A stretch of DNA of 63,310 nt, filler included, from Octopus bimaculoides (GCF_001194135.2; 8 parts of 7 records of this genome joined end to end with filler, not necessarily neighbours in it); one strand, 5' to 3'; positions 23,841 through 37,609 are shown, numbered from the whole stretch's first letter. Notes: generated from the sequence alone by a model not told the origin. Numbers and translations: made by a program.

Positions 23841-24740
23841 ATTCTTCATCAGAGAAAAATAAAAGATCTTTGAATGGAATTAAGGCAACTTCAACCAGGT
23901 TACCCGATATGTATGTATGTATGTATGTACGTATGTATGCATATATATTCTTCTCTTTCTCCTTTTAATTCAGAATAAATTATGACCGGCCACTTACTTG
24001 GTAGCAAGGTTATGAAAGAAAGATTCTTGCTTTGTCCACCATCCTTTAAATCTTAAAAAAGGTCTTACAGATTTTTATAGTCCCAAATATCGCAATCATT
24101 TGTAGTGTATGTATGTATGCATGCGTGTATGTATGTATGTATGTATGTATCATTGTTCAGTTTTATTTCAAGATTTTTTGCCAATAGATTCAAGGCTCCT
24201 TCATTGGAATTTCAGCATCAACAACAGGGTATGTATGTATGTATGTATGTATGTATGTATGTATGTATGAAGGAACGTGTGCTGCTATGTATGTTTGCAT
24301 TCATGCACATTATTATGTGTGTGAATTAGTTTGCTTTAACTTATGCATGTGTGTACATATCCAAATGTTTGCATGTGGCTACATGTGTGCATGTATACAT
24401 ACTACAAACAAAACATCTGGAATGTTCTACATATTTTTACAGTTCCATGTAGATGTTCACATTATCACATTACACATATGCTTTCATATGTATTAGAATA
24501 CTTCACTGTCATCTGAGAGAAAGATCGAAAATGAAAACAAAATACCCAGTGAATAGTAAAACAAAGCAGTAATGGCCTTGTTGGGGTTGTTTGCGCTGCA
24601 TCTGGTTTGGTGAGGTGGAATCATGAATAGCAAGAGAAAGAAAAAAAACCCACTACGTAATATAGTGTAGGCCAAAACAACCCAGATATTCCTTGAAAGT
24701 ATCATGGTTACTCGGCACCACTGCAGTGACGATCCTGTCG

Positions 24741-24790
24741 AAAAGTCCCGAAACCGTAATGTGATCTGTCAACAGCTGATGAAGGGAGTC
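24741..24790 (+). ncRNA. Permuted (type II-like) hammerhead motif
   Basis: TCCC-GAAAC-C-GTA|ATGTGATCTGTCAACAG-CTGATGA-A-GGGA. Core is intact and open stem II is TCCC/GGGA. Stem I is short with an A-G mismatch at its base. Confidence 0.4.
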
Positions 24791-25027
24791 TTCTGCAGTG
24801 TAAAAGTTGTATAAAATATTTAAAAAAAGCATTGCACAGGTTGTATGTGTATATTCTAATATATCAATGTGCATATGTATATATACTTATTAAGGTCATG
24901 ATTTTAATTAGTCAGAAACTATATTCAGCTCATTACGTTACCTATGGTAACCGACACTGAACTGTGTGTTTGTATTCAGTAAGTAGTCGGGGAGCATTTT
25001 GACAGTCATCGTAATGATTTACCTAAT

Positions 25028-25206
25028 GGTAACGAGCTGGTAGAATAATTAGCGAGTCAGACTAAACGCTTAGCGGCATTTCTTCCTGTTCTTTACATTC
25101 CGGGTTCAAATTCCACCGAGGTTGACTCTGTCTTTCATACTTTCGGAGTTGAAAAAATAAGTACCAGTTGAGCACTATGGTCTGTGTAACCGACTTATTC
25201 TTCCCT
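25028..25206 (+). mobile_element. SINE family A
   Basis: ggtaacgagctggtaga...gggttcaaattccaccgaggttgact...aataagtaccagttgagcact. Confidence 0.8.
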
Positions 25207-25225
25207 TAATACAGTATGACAAGGC

Positions 25226-25426
25226 TGTGGTGGAAGAGTACAGTAGGGTTCGCCACCATCTCCTGCCGGAGCCTCGTGGAGCTTTAGGTGTTTTCGCTCA
25301 ATAAACACTCACAACGCCCGGTCTGGGAATCGAAACCGCGATCCTATGTTGGTGGTAGTGGTGGCGGTGGCGAAGGTGGTAGCGGTGGTGGTGGTGGTGG
25401 CGTCGATGTGGAGGCGCAATGGCTCA
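25226..25426. mobile_element. Rearranged duplicate of the family C SINE locus at 27329-27551
   Basis: 25226-25348 equals 27329-27451 (121/123, direct). 25349-25426 is the reverse complement of 27477-27551. Confidence 0.85.
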
Positions 25427-25930
25427 CTGTATCATGCTGAATATCCCCGAGAACTACGTTGCTGGTCTTGTGACAAAATTTGTAATCATTATTATAATTC
25501 GCCTCATCTTCACATACCCACGCACGCACGCACACACATATACACAATCACACACACACACGCACACCACTCGCACAAACTTCAGTTAGTCTTTCTGAGA
25601 TCCTGGATTTCATTGAATGACCAATACTTCACTCAAGAGATCCAATAACAGCGAAACATACACAGGTTTGTCACCATGGCAACAAAATATCTTACCCACC
25701 CACCGCCACTCACAGCACGCTGCATATCACGAGTAAAAATTCAATGGTTAGTTCATCGAAATATCGGATATTGTCTCCATTCTTATTAACGCTAATGAGA
25801 TTTTTTTTTACGCATTAGCATTGTTTGTAATTCCAATTAATTTTTTTTTTTAAATATATATTGAAGTCATCATCTTATATTCAGTAGTCTGCAGACAGCA
25901 CCTTATATATGTGTGTGTATGCGTGTTTTT

Positions 25931-25967
<37 letters not shown>

Positions 25968-26098
25968 ATCGGATGGTATATGTGTACGAATGTGTGTTAT
26001 GCAGACGTGTATATGGAGTTCAATGTTGTATATAATACTATACAGATTAGACACAGAAATCGTTTGGAAACGCACGCAAACGCATAAACACATACGAT

Positions 26099-26099
26099 A

Positions 26100-26165
<66 letters not shown>

Positions 26166-26206
26166 CATTATTATTATTATTATTATCGTTATTATTATTA
26201 TTATTA

Positions 26207-26237
<31 letters not shown>

Positions 26238-26250
26238 CATTATTATTGTT
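26099..26250. repeat. (ATT)n microsatellite
   Basis: Direct reading. Confidence 0.95.
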
Positions 26251-26398
26251 GTTGTTGTCGTCGTTATTTCGTTTAATTAAATCCCATGAACATTACAGGT
26301 GTCACAGATTCACAAATGCATATATGCTTCACACCACCATCAATACTATTGCTACCGTTGTATTTGTTGGGGTTATGTAGTCATTTGTTACTATATTT

Positions 26399-26429
<31 letters not shown>

Positions 26430-27310
26430 NNNNNNNNNNNNNNNNNNNNNNNNNNNNNNNNNNNNNNNNNNNNNNNNNNNNNNNNNNNNNNNNNNNNNNN
26501 NNNNNNNNNNNNNNNNNNNNNNNNNNNNNNNNNNNNNNNNNNNNNNNNNNNNNNNNNNNNNNNNNNNNNNNNNNNNNNNNNNNNNNNNNNNNNNNNNNNN
26601 NNNNNNNNNNNNNNNNNNNNNNNNNNNNNNNNNNNNNNNNNNNNNNNNNNNNNNNNNNNNNNNNNNNNNNNNNNNNNNNNNNNNNNNNNNNNNNNNNNNN
26701 NNNNNNNNNNNNNNNNNNNNNNNNNNNNNNNNNNNNNNNNNNNNNNNNNNNNNNNNNNNNNNNNNNNNNNNNNNNNNNNNNNNNNNNNNNNNNNNNNNNN
26801 NNNNNNNNNNNNNNNNNNNNNNNNNNNNNNNNNNNNNNNNNNNNNNNNNNNNNNNNNNNNNNNNNNNNNNNNNNNNNNNNNNNNNNNNNNNNNNNNNNNN
26901 NNNNNNNNNNNNNNNNNNNNNNNNNNNNNNNNNNNNNNNNNNNNNNNNNNNNNNNNNNNNNNNNNNNNNNNNNNNNNNNNNNNNNNNNNNNNNNNNNNNN
27001 NNNNNNNNNNNNNNNNNNNNNNNNNNNNNNNNNNNNNNNNNNNNNNNNNNNNNNNNNNNNNNNNNNNNNNNNNNNNNNNNNNNNNNNNNNNNNNNNNNNN
27101 NNNNNNNNNNNNNNNNNNNNNNNNNNNNNNNNNNNNNNNNNNNNNNNNNNNNNNNNNNNNNNNNNNNNNNNNNNNNNNNNNNNNNNNNNNNNNNNNNNNN
27201 NNNNNNNNNNNNNNNNNNNNNNNNNNNNNNNNNNNNNNNNNNNNNNNNNNNNNNNNNNNNNNNNNNNNNNNNNNNNNNNNNNNNNNNNNNNNNNNNNNNN
27301 NNNNNNNNNN

Positions 27311-27497
27311 GAAAGAGTGAGAGAAAGTTGTGGTGGAAGAGTACAGCAGGGTTCGCCACCATCTCCTGCCGGAGCCTCGTGGAGCTTTAGGTGTTTTCGC
27401 TCAATAAACACTCACAACGTCCGGTCTGGGAATCGAAACCGCGATCCTATGACCGCGAGTCCGCTGCCCTAACCACTGAGCCATTGCGCCTCCACAT
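27311..27497 (-). mobile_element. SINE family C with a well-preserved tRNA-like head
   Basis: Reverse complement ggaggcgcaatggctcagtggttagggcagcggactcgcggtcataggatcgcggtttcgattccc (A box tggctcagtgg, B box-like ggtttcgattcc). Confidence 0.85.
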
Positions 27498-28412
27498 CGC
27501 CGGCACCACCACCACCGCTACCACCTTCGCCACCGCCACCACTACCACCAACAACTACAGTAACCAGTTATCCAATGCTTCGTGAGATTATATTTAGAAT
27601 CGAAATCACAAGTCCAGTCGCTAATTACTTGCTCTCATTAACTTAAGTTTTGACTGTAAACAATTTGCATCAATTAAATGAATTACATTTACACACGATA
27701 AAACGAATAAACTATTTTGTCTTGTGCTTATCAATGTAACGCAAAAAAACACACGCTCCAACTAATCAGGCTTGTGTCTCGATTCTTCGAGATAAGAGCG
27801 AAGACGCTTCTGTTGTTCTGTTAATGACTGCCGTGTTTGGAACACGATTCTACCTGCTGTTTTATACGATTCTGGTGGAGTAAAACAAATAGTCTGCTTT
27901 GTCGACTAAACACGGTTCATGTTGTTGCTGGTGCTGTTGATTACAAACATATTGCTCTCGTCACGTTTACATACTACGTTGTTATTTTGTACAGCATTCA
28001 GAAATTGTTTTGAGTTTTGCATTAAGTATTTGTTTATCGTTGTGTGTAGATCTGTGTTTATTTACATTCGCCTCGGAGTGAGTCTTGAAGTTTACCATCT
28101 ATGTTGATAATGTTTTTATTTTTATCTTTGAGGTTTTCTAGGAATTGGTGGCCAAAATAGAAAACAAAGCGATGCCAAGATATGAGATATATGCAATATG
28201 TTCCAGGTTTGTAGGTCTTTTTTCTTGTCGTTAATGGACACAGCGGAGGACATGGAGAAATTAAAGAAATGCGTAGAAAGTAGAAAACAGCGACACAAAA
28301 AGAAAAAAAAAACCAACACACAAGACCAAAAGAAAAAGTTGCATTTTTTTATCGTTTAGTCAAGTGGAAAGGCAGTATCCTATGATCCTTTACAGGGTCT
28401 CCGAGACTAGGG

Positions 28413-28633
28413 AAGGAAGGAAGGAAGGAAGGAAGGAAGGAAGGAAGGAAGGAAGAGGGTAACCTTAAACTGGATACCTGACCAGCGAGTTTGCAATAAG
28501 GACGACTCCACTGCAGGTAGCGAGCTGTGGAGGGCGGGCAGTCTCTTTCGGGTAACGATTTTATGAGGACGACACTTTTGGGTGTGTTGTAGAAGCTTGA
28601 ATGGTTAGCGGCGATGAAGCGAGGGGCGACGAA
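28413..28633 (-). mobile_element. Possible LINE 3' end with a (TTCC)n tail
   Basis: PFKLLQ...KRLPALHSSLPAVESS..KL weakly resembles CR1-group C-termini; (GGAA)n at 28413-28453. Confidence 0.3.
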
Positions 28634-29347
28634 NNNNNNNNNNNNNNNNNNNNNNNNNNNNNNNNNNNNNNNNNNNNTTAATTAATTAANNNNNNNNNNN
28701 NNNNNNNNNNNNNNNNNNNNNNNNNNNNNNNNNACGTGCGTATGTATGTATATATATATATATGTAGCAAACTCATAATGGTGTATATATATATATATAT
28801 ATATATACATATATACATGTCTTTGTGTGTGTGTGTGTATCAATAGATAGATAAATTGATAGTTAAAGTATCTGAAGTTGACCGCACGCTCCTTTCCTAG
28901 TTTGCGTGTTCACTGTTTCATGCAGGACATAGCCATAGTGCCAGACTTTCAAGAACTTTCCATATGAAAGCTCTCCAAAAGAACAAGTATTTTTTTCTTT
29001 ATGGTTCTACAGGGTGTGTATGCAATGTTAAAAAGCGTGTATGTATAGGATTTTAAGAGAAGTAAAAGAAAAATGAAGATGTTTTGTAGAGAGAGGGAGA
29101 AAGAAAGAGCCTTATCATGAAAAAGAAAAAAAAAGACAAATTGATTAACATATTTTCCTGTTTTCTTCAGAAATGGTTATGATATATGTAATGTGTGTAT
29201 GATTGCATGCATATATATGTATGTGTGTGTCTATATGTGTGCACATATGTATACTTATACACACACATATACCTGATTGTGCCTAGAGGCTCATGGAGGT
29301 GATATATAGGTGATGTATATGTATATATGTAATAACATGGCTGCATG

Positions 29348-29389
<42 letters not shown>

Positions 29390-30293
29390 ATTATGTAAGT
29401 AGCTGTGTGTATGTATATGTATTCATTGATATATTAATGTTAATACATAATGTGAGTGTATGGTCGTGTTGTCATACATATATGTAAAATTGTGAGCGTG
29501 CCTATATGTATATATTAGTGTGTAAGCGTGTTCTTGCACACTTTTGAAATACCTGCTATAATTTTCAATTAATAATGTGAATATGTTATACACGCTCATA
29601 TATACATTGGAGTAGAGCTCTATGTTTTTGTTCATATAAATTTGCATAGACATATTTAAATCTATCTATCTATCTATCTATATCTATATATATTTACATA
29701 GGTATATAGGTGTGTGTATATATATATGTATGTATATATATATATATGTACATAATATATATGTATATATATTTACATATATATATATTTGCATATATAT
29801 ATATAGACTGACATTCATATGTATCACGCTATTCATGCTCAAAGGAGTAAGAATCTAGTAAACAACTGACAATATCCGTGTGGAATAGATTTCCATTCCA
29901 CTATTGTGGCCGTGAGTCGTTTTCTTCAGCTTTGCCATTGCCTCCTTAGAATATTTTTTGTTTACTGCAAAAAGAGCCAAGGAAATATAGTATGGGAATG
30001 GTTGGGTGGTTTCTGGTGGAAGCCGACCACATCACATTGCACCATTTTCTCTTTAACACCACAAAGAATATTAAAAAGAAACCCTCATGTGAAAAAGTCA
30101 AAAAAACATATCTGTATGTATTTATTTATGTCTGTGTGTGTATGTGTATACATCTACCTGCATTGAACATGGTCATTAAATGATGATGATGATGATATGC
30201 TGTTATGTCTTGAGTGTGCGCGTGTGTGTGCACAAACACATATTTCAGATGTACCCGTACAAGCAATACATATGTGTGTGTGTGTGCATATGG

Positions 30294-30359
<66 letters not shown>

Positions 30360-30829
30360 CTATCTATGCAGTATATGTTTTTTATAATCCATTTATTTAT
30401 CTATCTATCTACCTATTTACATTATTTACATTATTTCAAAGCTGATATTATGCATGCACATATACACAAGTTAACAGTCGAGATTTTCAAGTAATCTAAT
30501 ATTATTGTATGATATGCAGATAGAATAGTGTTGGTTTGCAGGTTGGCACATTTCACTAGTGTTCTAGAATGTTGTTCAGTCTGATTCCCGTAATTCTGTG
30601 TAACACAGTCACATCCTAGTCTCTTACAACAATGAAGGAACATCTTTGTGGTCACTTGACTGTTGGAAATAACAACCAAATCTTCAAATAGTATCATACT
30701 ATCTTAAAAAAAAGAGATGAAGGTCATATTGCATTGGACAGTCCTAAATTCATTATGTCAAAAATGAAAAACAAAAAAAAAAAAAGACAATTGCAATTAC
30801 TTGGACCCATTTGGTAATAATTCTGTCAG

Positions 30830-33170
30830 ATTGAGGCTGATCCACTGCAAAGAAGGGACCCGTATGTGGTAGCTGAACCCACTATAAATAACCACCAAAT
30901 TTCACTTTCTAAAAGGATATACTGGACAGTGTAGTTGTCATAATTATCTAAACAGGCAGGATAGCCATGAATAGAATTAATAAGGGTTGACTCATGATTA
31001 AACAAGAACAACAGTAAATTTAGTGAGAGGGGGAAAGGCATGGCAGGGAAGGTTTTGTCGAGGAGACCCTGAAACAGATGTAAGAAAAAGATGAAGGCAT
31101 CTTTGGAGCAGAGACTTGGCTTCAGTACTAATTGGAAGGAACTTTACTTTAGTCATAGTGTTAAACTGAGCAACAGGTTTAGGGCTACCATCAAAGAAGA
31201 GAAACAATGCATACACACACACACACGTGTTTGTGTATATATATGTTTGTGTATGTGTGCATATGAATGACAAAAGAGCATTGTGTAATTTGCTTGAAGC
31301 ATTGCAATATATGTAAATAAGGTTGGTGTGTTGCTATCAGCTGACCTTCTGATAACCCATTTTCCTGAACTCTGATTATTTTTCCTCTTCTGTTTGAAAA
31401 GGGGAATTTTTTCCCAAAATATTTTAGGATCATTAAACGACCATATATAAATAAGGTAATACAATATCTTTTCTCTTTTTGTTTCCATTCACTGACATTA
31501 TGTCATGTGTTTTGCTTAACTCCTCACCTACATTTATCAAAGGCTTTTGTGAACATCACACACACACACACACACGCACACACACACACACACACATACA
31601 CAGAGATTTCAAGCTGGCTGGTGACATGTGAGCTGTATAACCAAATAAAATCTTATTCATCAAATGACTATCAATAAGGATAAAAAAAAGACCATTTTCA
31701 TGTGTGGATGCACAGTTTGTAAATTTGTGGAGAAGGAAATAAAAATCTTCAGTGGGACATAAATAGAACCTGATACAAAGGGAGACTTGAAAAGAAAATG
31801 AAGCCATGTAGTGACCCCAAAAACATTGAATATATCCCTAATCTTCAAATGTAATGTGTTTGTGGTAGTCACCTGGTCAAAGGAGGATTTGGTCATTTCA
31901 AATGTTTATCACTGGAATTTCAAAGAGAATCAGAAATGTATGTTGTTCTTTGAATATACCTGACAGGTGGGTCAGGATAGGAATCCAATGTCATTCAGAA
32001 ACAACTGAAATATTAACCCAATGAAATAAACTCCCACCAGCAATGCAATAACCAACGCATGACACACTTAAAACACAATACAAGCAATAACACAACAAAA
32101 GACTGTACCACTCCTCTTGGAAAAATCAAAATCAAAAACCTAACACAATGCAATACTGAGACGTGTTTGTGCACTTCCAACAACAGCAGAAAAGGACACA
32201 CAATGCTGCACACACCCCAGCGACACGGGAGTGTGGCAGCAGGTGATGCAATAGAAATTTGCCTCAAACTATCAAATGTTGAACAATTATATATTATAAT
32301 GATGATGATGAAGATAACTGTTTCAGACTTAGACACAAAGACCACAATTCTAGGAAGAAAGGATTAGTTGATAGCATTGAGCACAATATGCTTGACTGCT
32401 GCTGCTGTTTGTTAATCTTGGAAAGTAAAGGAGACTTTCATTTGATCCTGCTCAGGATGTAGAGGGAAAAGAAATACCTTAAGACATAGTTTTATGATGC
32501 TCTAGCAATTATTGCAAACCATCACAGCTTAAAAAGTGCAATGATAATAATAATGATGATGACAACAACAAAAATAATAAGAACAACAACAACAACATGA
32601 AAATAAATAATAATTATATGATGATGATGATCATCATCATCGTCATTGTCATCATCCATCATCATAAGAAATAATCAAAAAGTTGTGAAGTAGTTTTCAT
32701 CTCAAGAACAGATTCAAGAAGATTTAAAAGCAACATAAGATGCTGCTGCTGCTGATGATGATGATGATAAGGAGGAGGTAATTTAAAATAATTATTAAAA
32801 AAAAAACATTATATATATTCTGTGTCCAGACATATATATATATATATGTTTCTAATATAAGGATAAAACTTTATTAAAAAATGTTATCAGTGGCCAGCAT
32901 ATGAAAAATAACTTTTAGAGTGAAATTTTAAATACAATTATAAATAAGGGTCCTTATTTATAATCACACACACACACACACAAGCATGGAAGGACTGGAA
33001 GAGTGGTGGTAGCAGAGAAGGAAAGCTAGGCAACTATTACATTTCGTAAGGGAGGAGTAAAAGTGTAGAGGTTTGCCAAAGTTCTCTTGTGTGTGGACGA
33101 GAGGTGTTCTAGATTGTAGGACAGAGTGTCAGAGAAAATCATGACGTTGCAAGAGAGAAATGTGTTCAGA
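30830..33170 (-). mobile_element. Highly decayed LINE-like fragments (EN-like about 30830-31140, RT-like about 31780-31900, C-terminal-like about 33000-33170)
   Basis: SYICFRV, FEMTKSSFDQV (LDxSKAFDxV-like) and NLEHLSSTHKRTLANLYTF. The order is reversed relative to a single element, so the calls are weak. Confidence 0.25.
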
Positions 33171-33175
33171 TTAAT

Positions 33176-33325
33176 TGCAGGTATGGCTGAAGGATTAATG
33201 AGTTTGTTTTGTGCTCATGAGATTCTGAGTTCAATCCTTCTGCAAAATACTCTGCACAAGTGTCTTCTAAGTGTTGCTAGGCAACTGTGCTAACTATACA
33301 ACAAAGCCTTTATGACTGGCCTGCA
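33176..33325 (+). mobile_element. Old CpG-depleted SINE family B copy
   Basis: gcaggtatggctgaagg...ctgagttcaatcc...caagtgtcttct...aaagcctttatga. Confidence 0.5.
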
Positions 33326-34099
33326 AACCACCTTAGAGTCTTAAAAAGACAATCAACATGTTTGACACTCTCCATCACCACCACCACCACCATTCTCCCA
33401 ATCTTCATCGTCGTCTTCCTTCTTTTAACATCCACTTTCCATGCTGTCATGGGTTCGACTTGACTTCTTGTTCTTGTCTTATGTAATTGTTCTTTATAGA
33501 GAGAACAAAGAAAATGCTATAATCAAGATGGTCATGTTTGGAATCCTTTCGATTACAGGTGTGTCATGTCATGACTGACCTGGGAATAAACAACAGCTCA
33601 CACGTTTTGGAATTGCAGTGATTCTGCCAGAATATTTATGTTAAATATTATCACCACCACCACCACCACCACAAAAACATATCACCACCACCACACTGTC
33701 GCCGCTGCCGCCGCCGCCACTATCATTATCATTANNNNNNNNNNNNNNNNNNNNNNNNNNNNNNNNNNNNNNNNNNNNTTAATTAATTAANNNNNNNNNN
33801 NNNNNNNNNNNNNNNNNNNNNNNNNNNNNNNNNNATATTATATGCATACGCTCATAAACATTGATAGACATTAAAGTAACTATTGAGAATACAAAATAAG
33901 CGATTATATAGAAGTATAACTAGATAGAGCACTCTCTACATGCATACATACATACACACATACATGCATACATACATACATACATACGTACGTACATACA
34001 GACGGACGGACGGATAGACAGACAGATATATACACATACATTCACAGACGTATATGCATCTATGTTTCTATTCATACATATTTATGTACATGTATCTAT

Positions 34100-34179
<80 letters not shown>

Positions 34180-35358
34180 ATATTTATAGGCATATATATT
34201 TATAGGCATAATTATGTATATTGTATAAACATATACCTACATAATNNNNNNNNNNNNNNNNNNNNNNNNNNNNNNNNNNNNNNNNNNNNNNNNNNNNNNN
34301 NNNNNNNNNNNNNNNNNNNNNNNNNNNNNNNNNNNNNNNNNNNNNNNNNNNNNNNNNNNNNNNNNNNNNNNNNNNNNNNNNNNNNNNNNNNNNNNNNNNN
34401 NNNNNNNNNNNNNNNNNNNNNNNNNNNNNNNNNNNNNNNNNNNNNNNNNNNNNNNNNNNNNNNNNNNNNNNNNNNNNNNNNNNNNNNNNNNNNNNNNNNN
34501 NNNNNNNNNNNNNNNNNNNNNNNNNNNNNNNNNNNNNNNNNNNNNNNNNNNNNNNNNNNNNNNNNNNNNNNNNNNNNNNNNNNNNNNNNNNNNNNNNNNN
34601 NNNNNNNNNNNNNNNNNNNNNNNNNNNNNNNNNNNNNNNNNNNNNNNNNNNNNNNNNNNNNNNNNNNNNNNNNNNNNNNNNNNNNNNNNNNNNNNNNNNN
34701 NNNNNNNNNNNNNNNNNNNNNNNNNNNNNNNNNNNNNNNNNNNNNNNNNNNNNNNNNNNNNNNNNNNNNNNNNNNNNNNNNNNNNNNNNNNNNNNNNNNN
34801 NNNNNNNNNNNNNNNNNNNNNNNNNNNNNNNNNNNNNNNNNNNNNNNNNNNNNNNNNNNNNNNNNNNNNNNNNNNNNNNNNNNNNNNNNNNNNNNNNNNN
34901 NNNNNNNNNNNNNNNNNNNNNNNNNNNNNNNNNNNNNNNNNNNNNNNNNNNNNNNNNNNNNNNNNNNNNNNNNNNNNNNNNNNNNNNNNNNNNNNNNNNN
35001 NNNNNNNNNNNNNNNNNNNNNNNNNNNNNNNNNNNNNNNNNNNNNNNNNNNNNNNNNNNNNNNNNNNNNNNNNNNNNNNNNTATATATATATATATATAT
35101 ACGGTTGCTTATGTATGTGTATGTGTTATGTATGTGTATGTGTATGTTCGTGTGTATGTGTGTATGTTTGTGTGCGTGTGTGCATATGCGCACGTGTATG
35201 CCCATATGTATTTGTGGGTCTTTAAGTGTATGCCTATCTTAGAATAACTACGAATGCTTATATGTCAGTGTGCGTGAGCGCGCGTCTTGTTCTGTGTGTC
35301 GGTGCTTGCGCACAATATGTGTGTGCCTGTGTGTACTCTTTATGTGTGCGGGGAGCAA

Positions 35359-35490
35359 GCGTGTGGATTTATGGTTAGGTTGCTGGACTCACGATCATAG
35401 GGTTGTGGTTTCGATCCCCGGATGCGTTGTGTTCTTAAGCAAAACACCCCATTTCACGTTGCTCTAGTCCTCAGCTGTAGAAATGAGTTT
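35359..35490 (+). mobile_element. SINE family C head
   Basis: tggttaggttgctggactcacgatcatagggttgtggtttcgatcccc...atttcacgttgctct...aaatgagt. Confidence 0.7.
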
Positions 35491-35554
35491 AACCTAGAGA
35501 AGGATGGACTCCACCGGGTTTTCTCGCCCAGCTCACAGCAATGCACTCGACCAC

Positions 35555-35800
35555 AACAACATATGATGGCGTTTTGTGAAGGACCGATTCGTGCCAATAG
35601 TGTATGAGTGATTGTGCTTGACTGTTGTTCAACCATTACAAGCAAGGCCTCATCCGCTACAACAGAGTATTTCCCTGACCTTGGTTTCTCTGCCAGGCTG
35701 GCGTCAGCTTCCCTTAAATCACTGAAACAGATTTCGAGCGTAAGTTTCATTTGTCGCTGTCTTCGCACTTGGTCCCTTTTTTTACAAGTAGCGCAAAATG
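35555..35800 (-). mobile_element. Mariner transposase fragment (N-terminal HTH region)
   Basis: [55 protein letters not shown] matches the mariner GDxSLEDxxRSGRP...T.R.LA..LG.S..TI pattern. Confidence 0.7.
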
Positions 35801-35877
35801 ACTCTAATTGTAATTCTTTAAGCACTCATTATCAAAATTGTACGATTAAGAATAAACAATATATGCATGTATGTATG

Positions 35878-35966
<89 letters not shown>

Positions 35967-36280
35967 GTATATGTATATATGTTTACATATATATATATCG
36001 CTCTGCTTAGTGAGTAGTTGAAGCAACAAAACCAACTCAACTCAAACATTTCGAAATTTTCAAATTCCTAATATGAAACAATTCCGATATGAAATAAACA
36101 GAAGCTTAAATCTGACCCCATTGTGCCTGCAATAACTTGTGGAAAAACAAATAATTTATCGTGAGTACAGTGTAAATTTCTCCTGTGATTTTTAAAAATA
36201 TATACGTGCGTACCCATGCATCCTGTGATTCTATTAAATTCATTGAGCAGCCGGAACTTATACAAATACTTTTGACATTT

Positions 36281-36720
36281 CACTCGTATGTCTGTTTAAA
36301 ACTCTCTGTTTAAATCTAACGGCCACAAATACAAGATTATATATATCAAACTACCAGAAAAGTTTGCAAAATTCAAGCACTCTTCACTTTCGAAATCATC
36401 TTTTCTCCATAACATAGAGATAAAGAAATACCTCCTGAATTATTAACTATCAAATCGAGCGAAGGAAAAGGCACATAACACACAGAATAAAATCACTTTA
36501 TGGCAACTACTATCACCATGACTTTTCCACTCGTATATTTCTGTTTAAAAACTAACGGTCGCATACACACGATTATACATTTCAAATTGTCACCCAATTT
36601 CGCAAAAACTCAGGCACCCTTCACTTTCAAAATTAATTTTCTCCATCACATAGTGGTTGGGGGCAGAGAGAATCCACCTAAATTATTGACTAGCAAAACG
36701 AACGAAAGAAAAGACAGCAA
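36281..36720 (+). repeat. Diverged direct repeat pair (about 195 bp, period about 246 bp) upstream of the LINE ORF1 copy
   Basis: 36281-36475 vs 36527-36720 share cactcgtat, ctgtttaaa..ctaacgg, cttcactttc, tttctccat.acatag and aattatt.acta.caaa.cga.cgaa. Confidence 0.7.
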
Positions 36721-37117
36721 CTACGATCGCCATTAGCAAAATAGCCCAAAAGAAACTTCACTGGACATCGAATGAAATTACTATCCTACTCAACAGCTGG
36801 CTTGACCTTTCGCAAAAAGCCAACACACAAGTATCATCCGTCAGTTACGCTGTTTCTAAAATTGTCCCACTTTTTGACAATCGAACAGCAAAACAAGTGG
36901 AATCTAAAACTAAAACATATTTCGAAATCCTAAAACCTCGTTAAGGAGCATGTTACAATAATCTACTTAATGTTCGCCGAATCTACTAAACGAACATAAT
37001 CTACCGCTAACTGATCTGTTAACTTTCCAACCTAATAATACCCACATACCAAAATCTGCTCACTCCATGATTACCATGACAACCAAATTCCTCATACTCA
37101 TCACCAGCAACATCACT

Positions 37118-37119
37118 AC

Positions 37120-37205
<86 letters not shown>
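37118..37205. repeat. (CAT)n microsatellite within the ORF1 low-complexity region
   Basis: Direct reading. Confidence 0.95.
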
Positions 37206-37609
37206 CAAGCAACATCGCTGTCACCACCATCGTGACCACAGTAGCGCCACCACCATTATTATCGATGCCAGCGCCGTCGCCATCACCATCATCATCATCA
37301 GCTACGACTACTGTCTCCACCACCACAACCATTACCAGTCCTTCACCATTACAACCCAGTATTAGGATGACTAGCATCTCAGTCCAACCAAGAATCATTC
37401 ACCTTTAAATCTTCCGTAAACAAACGATTACCACATATCCCACCCTCGTAAGCAACACGGATCTTAAAAATCTGCCGTTATTCCCACCGTGAGGGAAGAT
37501 TGTCTTTTCACTCACCTCCCAGGAACTAGACGCGTCAACTATGGAACATCCATGAACAAACAACTACATCACACTCCTCTTACACAAACAAAACTGAATC
37601 CCAATATCT

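Noticed and set aside
24493-24705. Hydrophobic ORF ending AITALFYYSLG as the missing SLC22 TM7 exon
   Set aside because: It lacks the preceding Trp and the following YxNF/VExP/GRR motifs, and its length and content do not fit.
27440-27497. tRNA gene
   Set aside because: It has A and B boxes but no complete acceptor stem, and it continues into a repeated SINE body; the same holds for all other tRNA-like heads.
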